This document shows, in pieces, positions 1-8,229 of a stretch of DNA of 64,000 bases. Both the position numbers and the translations under genes were made by a program. The stretch's first letter is position 1, and each line of letters opens with the position of its first letter. Source of the DNA: Dehalococcoidia bacterium (GTDB lineage: Bacteria; Chloroflexota; Dehalococcoidia; Plut-88900); NCBI GenBank assembly GCA_965197645.1, contig OZ240219.1, forward strand, positions 1,600,001 to 1,664,000. Reading direction: 5' to 3'. The notes beneath the pieces are model-generated. The model had not been told where the DNA came from and ran no database searches. It saw nothing but the letters and a program-made list of their open reading frames with translations.

Positions 1-2
1 TC

Positions 3-329
3 GAGGAGGTCAAGCCGGGCCAGACGATCCAGTTCCACGTGAGAAATCCTCTAACCGCTCGCACGGAACTGGAGGACAGCGTCAGGAAGGTCTCCTGGGA
101 CTCGCAGCTGCAGACGCCCCTGTTCGCCCTTTACATGGAGAGCCTGGGAAGGGGTGGACGGGTGCACACGGAGCCGGACCACGACGTCAAAATCATTCGC
201 GAGGGGTTGGGAGACGTCCCGATAATCGGGTTCCTTACCAACGCCGAGTTTGCTCCCCGGGGCAAGCTGAACCTGGTCCACAACTACAGCTCGGTGTTGA
301 CCATCGTCTGCGACGCACCGAAGAAGTAG
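3..329 (+). CDS. FIST C-terminal domain protein (5' partial, runs off window start)
   Basis: Frame is open from base 3 (EEVKPGQTIQFHVRN...). Carries FIST_C-like motifs 'GQTIQFHVR', 'LGRG', 'VPIIGFLTNAEFAP' and 'HNYSSV'. Confidence 0.7.
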   Translation, partial: EEVKPGQTIQFHVRNPLTARTELEDSVRKVSWDSQLQTPLFALYMESLGRGGRVHTEPDHDVKIIREGLGDVPIIGFLTNAEFAPRGKLNLVHNYSSVLTIVCDAPKK

Positions 330-331
330 AG

Positions 332-1315
332 CTAAAACAGAACGGTTAGCGCCTCGACGGACTCGCTGGCCGAGTGCCCGGTGGTTGGGCTGCCGCCCAC
401 GATGAAGATCCGGGAATCTATCGCCGCCGCACCCAGATCGTGCCGGGGGCCTGTCAGGGAAGGTAGAACAGTCCACTCTCCGTTGGGGATGCTGTACCTT
501 TCCATTGCGGCGAAGGTGTATTGCAGGTCCTCTCCGCCCACCACATAGATCTCTTGGCCGATGGCAATTGCAGCCGCTCCCGCCCTGGCGGTCGGCATGT
601 CCGGGCCGGCTGTCCACGTGTTCTTGACCGGGTCGAGAATATCGAAATGGGGCAATCCCCCCGGGCCTTCCGCGCCTCTGCCCCCGGCAACGTATATCAG
701 CGAATCCACCGTTACTGCAGCAACGTGGCTCCTTGGCGTCGGCAGCAACAGCCGTACAGTCCACCTGTCGCGGGCCGGCTCGTAGACGTCAGACCGGTCG
801 AGGACGCCTTCCTCACTGATGCCTCCGAACACGTAGATGAACCCGTCCAGCACCGCAGCGGCCGCCGCGGCGCGGGCCATGGGCATCGTCCCTCGCAGCT
901 CCCAGCTATCCGACGCAGGCGAGTAGACGTATATGCTGCTGGTGGGGTCTGAGCGACGGCCCACGAAGCCGCCTAGGACGTAGATCTCGCCCTCCAGGAC
1001 CGCTACCGCGGGGCGGTGAATCGGTTGGGGAAGGGGCGCCGCCATACTCCACTGGTCGGAGAAGGGGTCGTAGACCTCCACGGTGTCCAGCGCCTTGCCC
1101 AGTTGGTCCTGACCCCCGATGGCGTACACTTTGTTGTTGAGCACGGCGACGCCCAGCCCGGTTCGAGGTACTGACATAGGCGCCACGTCCAGCCAGTTGC
1201 CCACGGGCGCCGGGGTTGCCAACGGATCGGGCGTAGGGGTAGGAGTAACTACTACCGAGGTGCAAGCCAACACCGCGATTACCGCGAGCGGCAAGAGGAA
1301 CCATAGTTTTTGCAT
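332..1315 (-). CDS. Kelch-repeat beta-propeller lipoprotein
   Basis: Lipobox 'VLAC' and a Pro/Thr linker. Six Kelch repeats with 'IY..GG' and 'Y.P....W' signatures. Confidence 0.9.
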   Translation of the reverse strand: MQKLWFLLPLAVIAVLACTSVVVTPTPTPDPLATPAPVGNWLDVAPMSVPRTGLGVAVLNNKVYAIGGQDQLGKALDTVEVYDPFSDQWSMAAPLPQPIHRPAVAVLEGEIYVLGGFVGRRSDPTSSIYVYSPASDSWELRGTMPMARAAAAAAVLDGFIYVFGGISEEGVLDRSDVYEPARDRWTVRLLLPTPRSHVAAVTVDSLIYVAGGRGAEGPGGLPHFDILDPVKNTWTAGPDMPTARAGAAAIAIGQEIYVVGGEDLQYTFAAMERYSIPNGEWTVLPSLTGPRHDLGAAAIDSRIFIVGGSPTTGHSASESVEALTVLF

Positions 1316-1333
1316 ATATCTAGTCCAGGCAGA

Positions 1334-1366
1334 AAGAGAGGGCCTTGCCGGTCAAAGGCCCTTCTC
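1334..1366 (-). terminator. Possible intrinsic terminator of the AOR operon
   Basis: Stem AGGGCCTT(1339-1346)/AAGGCCCT(1355-1362), followed on the minus strand by a weak pyrimidine tail CTCTTTCT. Confidence 0.4.
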
Positions 1367-1425
1367 CGAAATTCAAGTGGTTTATTGGTCTGGTCAAACT
1401 GTAGTCTGGCTCCGAGGAATGGGGA

Positions 1426-1680
1426 CTAACCACCGGCTAGGGGCGGAAATACCGCCACGACTTGCCCTTCCTCCAGCTTCTTGTTGGAGCGCCACCGCTC
1501 TTCGGGTGGACAGGTCTCGCCGTTTATGAGCGTCATTTGGGACATCTCAGCAGGGATGTCCAGCTTGTTCAGTAGATCGGTCAGCGTCGCTTCGTCATCC
1601 AATTCCACTACCCCCTTACCCGTCTTATTGCCGATCTTGGGTCTGAGGCTAGCGTACAACTTGACCTCTATAGTCTTCAT
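1426..1680 (-). CDS. MoaD/ThiS-family sulfur carrier protein
   Basis: 84 aa with 'VKLYASLR' N-terminus and canonical C-terminal 'VFPPLAGG'. Confidence 0.9.
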   Translation of the reverse strand: MKTIEVKLYASLRPKIGNKTGKGVVELDDEATLTDLLNKLDIPAEMSQMTLINGETCPPEERWRSNKKLEEGQVVAVFPPLAGG

Positions 1681-1738
1681 TTAAGCGAAGAGGTCCTTTC
1701 TATCGACTCATCTACATTCTACCAATAGTGGCGAGGAC

Positions 1739-3127
1739 CTATTCCGGCGCCTCTTGCACCAGTGTCTGGTGCCAGGGAGACCTCTGGGTGACGGGCTCGA
1801 TGGCCGGGAACCGGTAGCCCCGGCCTCCCGAATCGGCAGCCTCGCCGGTGAGAGTCGTGCTGAGAAGACCTTCGGCTACCTTGCAAGCTACGTAGGGCTT
1901 TCGTACGTCCAGCGGGCTGTTCTGCAGGTAGTCTTTCCACACTCCCAGCTTGGTGCCGGCCTGGATGAAACCCTTGACCATCCCCACGTCGTTGAGGGCG
2001 CCCACGTCGTTGGCCCTGCCCACCATAATGGCACCGACGATCTGGTCGTCCTTCCATGATAATCTGCGGTAGACGGACGTGAGATCGCTGGACACCGTGG
2101 TGGTATCCGCCTCGTTGCCCCAGTCTCCGAAGCTGGCCACCTGGAGCCCGACCACGTCCAGAACGTTCAGTCCCATGCTCCCCGCATACTCGATGCTCCG
2201 ACCTGCCATGTTGGCGCCCGCCACCCGCCCGTGCTCGAAGGCTGTGGGCTGTATGGCGTGGACCTCCTGGGCGCCGGTGCCGAGGACCGGGCCCTGGGCC
2301 ACGTCCCCGGCGGCGTAGACGTTGTCCACGTTGGTCTGCATCTTGTTGTTCACCAGGATGCCGTCGCCGGTGTTTATCCCTGCGCTGGCTGCGAAGTCCA
2401 TGTTGGGCCTTATGCCCGTGGCCATCACCACCGAATCGGCTTCCAGGCTTCGACCGTCCTGAAGGCTGAGGCTGAAGCGACCGTTGCCGGCGGATATCTC
2501 CGTTACGCTGGCGCCGGTAACGCTCTCGACCCCGTGGCGGCTCATCCAGCCCTCCACCACTCCCGCTCCATCGGCGCTTATCATCCGGGGAAGTATGTGG
2601 TCTTCCAGCTCGACGAAGGTCACCTTGTGCCTGGCGCCGTGGAGCCCGTCCAGAATGATGAGGCCGATGAATCCGGCGCCGACGATTGCCACGTCCCCGT
2701 TGGCCTTGGCGCCGGCCAAGAATCCCCGGGCATCCTCCAGGGTCCACATGTTCTGCACGCCTGAAAGGTCAGCGCCGGTTATGGGGGGCCTGGTAGCAGA
2801 GGACCCGGTGGCGATCAGCAGGTTGTCGTACTCCGCCGTCGAGCCGTCGTCCAGGGTCACGGAGTTGCCGCCCGTATCGATAGAGGCAACGCTCCGACCG
2901 AACCTGGTCTCGACGTTGAGCTTGGAGAAGTAGTCCGGGTTGCCGGTGAGCACCGACTTCTCTTCGATGTTGCCCGCCAGGAAATAGGGCAGGGCCATCC
3001 GAGAGTAGGCCGGCTCATCTCCGATTACGGTTATCTGGGCATCCGAGTCGTAGCGGCGTATAGTTTCGGCCGCTCTCACCCCGGCTGGGCCTGCGCCGGC
3101 TATTACATTTCTAGCTCCGTTTGCCAT
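1739..3127 (-). CDS. FAD/NAD(P)H-dependent oxidoreductase (AorC-like, rubredoxin/nitrite reductase flavoprotein family)
   Basis: GAGPAG (FAD), 'LLIATGS', GAGFIG (NAD) and 'TNVDNVYAAGD' motifs. Located inside the AOR operon. Confidence 0.88.
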   Translation of the reverse strand: MANGARNVIAGAGPAGVRAAETIRRYDSDAQITVIGDEPAYSRMALPYFLAGNIEEKSVLTGNPDYFSKLNVETRFGRSVASIDTGGNSVTLDDGSTAEYDNLLIATGSSATRPPITGADLSGVQNMWTLEDARGFLAGAKANGDVAIVGAGFIGLIILDGLHGARHKVTFVELEDHILPRMISADGAGVVEGWMSRHGVESVTGASVTEISAGNGRFSLSLQDGRSLEADSVVMATGIRPNMDFAASAGINTGDGILVNNKMQTNVDNVYAAGDVAQGPVLGTGAQEVHAIQPTAFEHGRVAGANMAGRSIEYAGSMGLNVLDVVGLQVASFGDWGNEADTTTVSSDLTSVYRRLSWKDDQIVGAIMVGRANDVGALNDVGMVKGFIQAGTKLGVWKDYLQNSPLDVRKPYVACKVAEGLLSTTLTGEAADSGGRGYRFPAIEPVTQRSPWHQTLVQEAPE

Positions 3128-3131
3128 GGCT

Positions 3132-3422
3132 CTACCCTCCTGGATATCCTCTCGCCCCGTGGTACAGAATAGTTATCCGGTCCTCCGGTTTAAGGTCGGT
3201 ATCGGTCCCGTTGATAAAATCGATGTTCTTGCCGTTTACCAGTATATAGATGTCTTCGCTCGGCTGACTGCCGTTCCCCTCGGTATAGACCAGGTCGGAA
3301 AGCTCTCCACCGAACTTGTCCGTTATCTCTTCCAGCGCCTGCCCAACCCCGGATGCCTCGATCTCATCTGTTGCCGTTCCGGTCACCGACCGGAGTTTAC
3401 CGAGAAATACGACCGTTGCCAT
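3132..3422 (-). CDS. Second MoaD-family ubiquitin-like protein
   Basis: 'ILVNGKNI...DTDLKPEDRITI' beta-grasp pattern. Ends in GG, but with an atypical tail HGARGYPGG. Confidence 0.85.
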   Translation of the reverse strand: MATVVFLGKLRSVTGTATDEIEASGVGQALEEITDKFGGELSDLVYTEGNGSQPSEDIYILVNGKNIDFINGTDTDLKPEDRITILYHGARGYPGG

Positions 3423-3447
3423 GGGGGCCGCCTACCCGAGGATGGTC

Positions 3448-5286
3448 CTATTCAATTCCCAACTCGACGAGCTTCGTGGTCAACGGTTCTCCGTCTTCGT
3501 TCCAGCCCCTCCGGCTGTAGTACTCGGGGAGCATCTGGTCCAGATGGCCCACTCTACCTTTGGCCGGCCCTTCGGGGACCGCCTCTTTGGTAATCCTATC
3601 GGGAAGGCTGTCATCGGCCTTGGTCAGGCCGGCTCTCAGATTATACATCCTCTCCAAGTTCCACACCCTCTCGCCTATGCGATGCATCTCTTCGATGGTG
3701 TAGGGTACGCCGGTTGCCGCAACCAACAGCTCCATGATGTCATCCAGTTCGTTGCCACCGCTGATGAACAGGCACAATCCGGTCGAATCGTGTATAGAGT
3801 TCTCGTTCTGCAGAGATATCACCAGCTCGGCCTTGCCATCGGGCGAAGCCGGGTCCAACTTGTAGGGCATGCCGAACAACTCCGAGCCGGGGGTGAAGGC
3901 CCTAAGGTGGTCTGCGCCCCGGTTGTTGGTGGCGTATCCCAGGCTCATGCCGTTGTAGGTCCGGGGGTCGTAGGCGGGGAACTCCTGGCCCTTGGCTCCC
4001 ATGTGGACATCCGGGTCGTCGAACTTCTCGCCCATCCGCTTGGAACCCTCAGCCAACTCGGTGCCGATGCCCTGCCGGTAGCAGGTCTGCTCCACCAGGG
4101 ATACCAGGGCTTCTCCACTGCCGAAGCTCAGCTCCATCCCGGCCTCTTCCTTCTTGATGTGCCCCTTTTCGTATAGCTCCATGGCCGCGGAGATGGTGGC
4201 GCCCATCGAAATGGTGTCCACTCCCAACTCGTTGCACAGCCAGGAGGCCTCTATCAGCGCATCCAGGTCACCGACGCCGCACTGGGCGCCCAGTGCCCAC
4301 GCCGTCTCGTATTCCGGCCCCTCGCCGGCCGCGTTCCAGTTGCGGGGATGGTTGGAGACCGTGAACTTGCCGGCTGCATCGCCGGAGAGATGAGACACCC
4401 TGCCGCAGGCTATCGTGCACCCGAAGCAGGCCTTGTTCCTGATCAGGCTGGTCGAGTTGAGGGCATCGACGTTGATGCTCTCCTCGTCCTCGAACATCGT
4501 CTGCTGATGATTCCGGGTTGGCAGGCCCCCGGTGGCGTTGATGGCGTCCATCATCCCCAGGGTGCCATTGGCTGCCATCCCCTCGATGGCGATGCTGTCC
4601 GCCAGCTTATTCTTCTGCTCCCACATCGCCTTCATCATGGCCTGAGGAGAGGAGACCGTCACTCCGCCGGTGCCCCGTACGGCGATGGCTTTGAGATTCT
4701 TGGAGCCCATCACTGCGCCTACGCCGGACCTGCCGGCGGCGCGATGGAGATCGTTCATTATGCATGCGTACCGCACCAGGTTTTCACCCGCCGGCCCTAT
4801 ACCGGCTATGGAGCAGTCCGGGACCCCCGTGTCTCTCCGTATCAGGTCCTCGGCGTCCCAGACTGTCCGGCCCCAGATGCCCGACGCCGAACGAAGCTCG
4901 ACGGTGTCATCGTATATCCATAGGTAGACCGGGTCGGCGGACTCGCCCTCCAGGATGATCATGTCGTATCCGGCGAACTTTAGCTCTGCGGCCCAATGAC
5001 CACCCGAGCTGGACCCGGTTATGGCTCCCGTGAGAGGGCCTTTCGTTACGGCCGAGTATCGGGACGAGGTGGATGCACCCGTCCCGGTCAGCGGGCCGGT
5101 GGCCATGACCAGCACGTTATCCGGGCTGAGCGGGTCGACGGAAGGGTCCATCTCCTCGAAGAGGTACTTGCCAGCCAGGCCCCGGGCGCCGACGTAGTCA
5201 CGGGCCCAGTCCATGTTCAGGTCTTCTTTCGTCGTTACGCCGTCGGTGAGGTTCACACGGACTATCTTGCCGGTCCATCCGTACAT
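3448..5286 (-). CDS. Tungsten-type aldehyde:ferredoxin oxidoreductase catalytic subunit, paralog 2
   Basis: 'GWTGKIVRVNLT', 'AAGRSGVGAVMGSKNLKAIAV', CxxCxxxC 'CFGCTIAC', 'GPEYE', 'RGADH', 'GLCLF' and 'YYSRRGW'. Confidence 0.95.
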   Translation of the reverse strand: MYGWTGKIVRVNLTDGVTTKEDLNMDWARDYVGARGLAGKYLFEEMDPSVDPLSPDNVLVMATGPLTGTGASTSSRYSAVTKGPLTGAITGSSSGGHWAAELKFAGYDMIILEGESADPVYLWIYDDTVELRSASGIWGRTVWDAEDLIRRDTGVPDCSIAGIGPAGENLVRYACIMNDLHRAAGRSGVGAVMGSKNLKAIAVRGTGGVTVSSPQAMMKAMWEQKNKLADSIAIEGMAANGTLGMMDAINATGGLPTRNHQQTMFEDEESINVDALNSTSLIRNKACFGCTIACGRVSHLSGDAAGKFTVSNHPRNWNAAGEGPEYETAWALGAQCGVGDLDALIEASWLCNELGVDTISMGATISAAMELYEKGHIKKEEAGMELSFGSGEALVSLVEQTCYRQGIGTELAEGSKRMGEKFDDPDVHMGAKGQEFPAYDPRTYNGMSLGYATNNRGADHLRAFTPGSELFGMPYKLDPASPDGKAELVISLQNENSIHDSTGLCLFISGGNELDDIMELLVAATGVPYTIEEMHRIGERVWNLERMYNLRAGLTKADDSLPDRITKEAVPEGPAKGRVGHLDQMLPEYYSRRGWNEDGEPLTTKLVELGIE

Positions 5287-5346
5287 GTAACCTCACTCTT
5301 CCTTACTGGTCTGCAAGCGGGACCGGTGGCCTTATGCCAGACCGGG

Positions 5347-5697
5347 TTAGAGGAGTACTACGTCCTCTCTCTGCACCCCTTCGGCGGCGACGGTTATGAG
5401 ACCGTTGCCGACAACGCTCTTGTCGACGCCCGTTTTCCAGGTACAACAGGCGATCAGGAGGTCTCCCGCTTCATAGGCAACGATCCCGGACAGGTCCATG
5501 AAGGTATCGCCGGACTGGCCCACCTCCTTCTTGAACCCCTCGAAGTAGTCTCGAAAACCCTCGCGGGATATCGAGCCTTTCTGGGGATCGTTGAACTGGA
5601 AACCGGGCGCAGTGGACTCCAAGAGCTTGTCAACGTTGCCCTCGGACCAGCCCTCGGCATAGAGGCCCAGGGACTGCTCTTTTGTCCGGTTGGCCAT
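5347..5697 (-). CDS. SnoaL/NTF2-like small protein
   Basis: 'YAEGWSEGNVDKL...FQFNDP...ISREGFRDYF' resembles the NTF2/SnoaL N-terminal pattern. Confidence 0.65.
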   Translation of the reverse strand: MANRTKEQSLGLYAEGWSEGNVDKLLESTAPGFQFNDPQKGSISREGFRDYFEGFKKEVGQSGDTFMDLSGIVAYEAGDLLIACCTWKTGVDKSVVGNGLITVAAEGVQREDVVLL

Positions 5698-5718
5698 CGA
5701 CTGCTCTCCCCTGCGGCC

Positions 5719-7560
5719 CTAGATTAATCTCAGCTCCTGAAGCTTGTCAGCCGAAGGCTCGCCGTCGGAGCTCCAGCCCCGGGCTTCATAGTACTCGGGG
5801 AGCATCTTGCCCAGCTCGCTGACCTGGCCCTGGGCCGGGCCTGAGGGTATGCCTTCGTTCAGGATCCTCTTGGGCAGTGTGTCCTGATCGCCGCCGATAC
5901 CGGCTTTGAGGTTGAACATCCTCTCCAGGTTGTAGATCCGTTCCCCTATCTGCATCAGGTCTTCCTGGGAGTAGTCGATGCCCGTAGTGGCTACTATCTC
6001 GGGGTGAATCTCGTCCAGACCGATGCCGAAGGTCAGGAACAGGCACAGCCCCGAGGCGTCGACCGTAGAGGTCAGGTCCTGGAATACCTTGGTCAGGCCG
6101 GCCTTGCCTTCCGTCGCCGCCGGTTCCACCTTTTCCGGAATGCCGAAGACCTCGGCGGCGATGGTGTAAGCCTTCAGATGGCAGGCGCCTCGGTTGGAGG
6201 TCGCATAACCGAGGCCGATGCCCTGGAAGGTCCGGCCGTCGTACGCTGCGAACTCCTGGCCCTTGACGCCCATGAACAGGTCCGGCTGCTCGAACTTTTC
6301 TGTGAGCCGCTTGCCGCCTTCGGCCAGCTCATCACCGAATCCCTCACGATAGGCGGTCTTCTCCGTCATCGCTACCAGGGCGTCGCCGCTGCCGAACTCC
6401 AGGGGCATCTCGGTCTGGTCGTTATCGACGATGCCCTTCTCGTACAGCTCCATTGCCGCAGCGAGCGTACCGCCCAGGGAGATCGGGTCCAGCCCGAGAT
6501 CGTTGCACAGCCAGTTGGCCTTGATGAGGGCATCCAGGTCTCCGACGCCGCAGTCGGCGCCCATGGCCCAGGCGGCCTCGTACTCAGGGCCCTCGCCGGC
6601 GATCTTCCAGTTGCGGGGATGGGTTGTTACTGTGTACTTCTCGGAGGCCTCACCGGGTAGGTGGGTCACTCTGCCGCAGGCGATGGTGCAGGCGAAGCAG
6701 GCCTTGGGGGCCAGCAACCGCTCATCGGTCATGGTCTCGCCGCTTATGCCCTCGGCCTCGTCGAACACGCTCTGCTGGTGATTGTTGGCCGGCAGCCCGC
6801 CGTGGGCGTTGATGACGTTGACCAGAACCGGCGTGCCGTAGACCCGCAGGCCCTCGCCGGTTACCGGGGACTCCTTCAGCTTCTTCTTAGCGTCCCACGT
6901 TGCCGCCATCATCGCTTCCGGCGATGCGATGTTAACGCTGCCGCTGCCTCGAACTGCGATGGCCTTGAGGTTCTTGGAGCCCATCACGGCCCCCACGCCG
7001 TTGCGACCGGCGGCCCGGTGCTTATCGTTCAGGATGGCGGCGAAGCGCACCAGGTTCTCGCCTCCGGGCCCGATGCACGCCACGACGGTTTTCGGCGTAC
7101 CCGATTCGGTCCTGATGGTCTCCTCGGTCTCCCACACGCCCTTACCCCACAGGTGATCGGCCGGGACGAGCTGCACTTCATCGTCGTATATCCACAGGTA
7201 CTGGGGAGAGCTGGCCCTGCCGGTGAGGATCACCATATCGTAGCCGGCGAACTTGAGCTCGGGACCCCAGTGCCCGCCGGAGTTGGAGGTGGTGATGGTG
7301 CCGGTCAACGGGCTCTTGGTGACTACCATGTATCGAGCGCCGCAGGAGGCGTTGGTGCCCGTCATGGGCCCCGTGGCGAATATCAGCTCGTTTTCCGGGC
7401 TCAGAGGTTCGACGGTGGGGTCCAGCTCTTCGGTAAGGTACTTGGCGCCCAGGCCCCGGCCCCCCACGTAGTCCCGTGCCCACTCTTGGTTTATGTCTTC
7501 CTTGACGATAGAACCGGCGGTCAGGTCAACTCTTAGTATTTTCCCAGCCCATCCATTCAT
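5719..7560 (-). CDS. Tungsten-type aldehyde:ferredoxin oxidoreductase catalytic subunit, paralog 1
   Basis: 'GWAGKILRVDLT', 'AAGRNGVGAVMGSKNLKAIAV', 'CFACTIAC', 'GPEYE', 'RGACH', 'GLCLF' and 'YYEARGW'. Confidence 0.95.
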   Translation of the reverse strand: MNGWAGKILRVDLTAGSIVKEDINQEWARDYVGGRGLGAKYLTEELDPTVEPLSPENELIFATGPMTGTNASCGARYMVVTKSPLTGTITTSNSGGHWGPELKFAGYDMVILTGRASSPQYLWIYDDEVQLVPADHLWGKGVWETEETIRTESGTPKTVVACIGPGGENLVRFAAILNDKHRAAGRNGVGAVMGSKNLKAIAVRGSGSVNIASPEAMMAATWDAKKKLKESPVTGEGLRVYGTPVLVNVINAHGGLPANNHQQSVFDEAEGISGETMTDERLLAPKACFACTIACGRVTHLPGEASEKYTVTTHPRNWKIAGEGPEYEAAWAMGADCGVGDLDALIKANWLCNDLGLDPISLGGTLAAAMELYEKGIVDNDQTEMPLEFGSGDALVAMTEKTAYREGFGDELAEGGKRLTEKFEQPDLFMGVKGQEFAAYDGRTFQGIGLGYATSNRGACHLKAYTIAAEVFGIPEKVEPAATEGKAGLTKVFQDLTSTVDASGLCLFLTFGIGLDEIHPEIVATTGIDYSQEDLMQIGERIYNLERMFNLKAGIGGDQDTLPKRILNEGIPSGPAQGQVSELGKMLPEYYEARGWSSDGEPSADKLQELRLI

Positions 7561-7612
7561 TTCCCCGGTCTCCCTTCTAATCTGCTGGATACTCGGTCTG
7601 TTTTGCCGGCGG

Positions 7613-8107
7613 TCATTCTCCGCCGACGGCCGTCATATAGCTTTGCTGGACCTTGTCGCCCCAGGCGCCGACCCAGGCCTCTTCATCTACCTCGCTGTAC
7701 TCGATGGCATTGGTGGGACAGGAGCGGGCGCAGGCCGGATCGCCGCCGCACAGATCGCACTTGACGGCCTTCTGGGTGTCCGGGTTGAGGAACACGGTGC
7801 CGAAGGGGCAGGCGATGACGCAGAGCTTGCAGCCCACGCATACGTCCTCGATGACTATCTTGGCCTGGGTAACCGGGTCGATATCGATGGCGTTGACCGG
7901 GCAGACCTGGAGGCACCAGGCCTCGTCGCACTGGAAACAGGTGTAGGGCCCGTAGCTGGACTGCTCGTCGAAAATGTGCACCCGGATCAGGGACTTGGAG
8001 GGTGCAAAGGTGCCGGTCTGCACCCACGAGCAGGCGAGCTCGCACTGCATGCAACCGGTACATTTATCAGGGTGGATATCCAGCATTTTGACTGTGCCGT
8101 TGGCCAT
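7613..8107 (-). CDS. Four-cluster [4Fe-4S] electron-transfer subunit (AorA/DmsB/CooF-like)
   Basis: Four Cys groups: CTGCMQCELAC, CFQCDEAWCLQVCP, CVGCKLCVIACP and KCDLCGGDPACARSCP. Confidence 0.93.
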   Translation of the reverse strand: MANGTVKMLDIHPDKCTGCMQCELACSWVQTGTFAPSKSLIRVHIFDEQSSYGPYTCFQCDEAWCLQVCPVNAIDIDPVTQAKIVIEDVCVGCKLCVIACPFGTVFLNPDTQKAVKCDLCGGDPACARSCPTNAIEYSEVDEEAWVGAWGDKVQQSYMTAVGGE

Positions 8108-8166
8108 TACAGCCTCCTCTTGGTTGGGGGTTGCCCCCGAGAACGACGCTACGCTGAGGGAACCCT

Positions 8167-8196
8167 AGAATACTGGCTGGAGCGCTGCTCTGTCAA
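8167..8196 (-). promoter_or_regulatory. Sigma70-type promoter of the AOR operon
   Basis: Minus strand TTGACA-N18-TATTCT upstream of the Fe-S gene, which has an AGGAGG SD. Confidence 0.6.
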
Positions 8197-8229
8197 CCTG
8201 AGCAGGTCTCCGCCCGGCTGTAGGTACCG

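Noticed and set aside
1384-1399. ATTGGTCTGGTCAAA, similar to FadR/PdhR-family operators
   Set aside because: Imperfect palindrome in a single copy, with no cognate regulator nearby.
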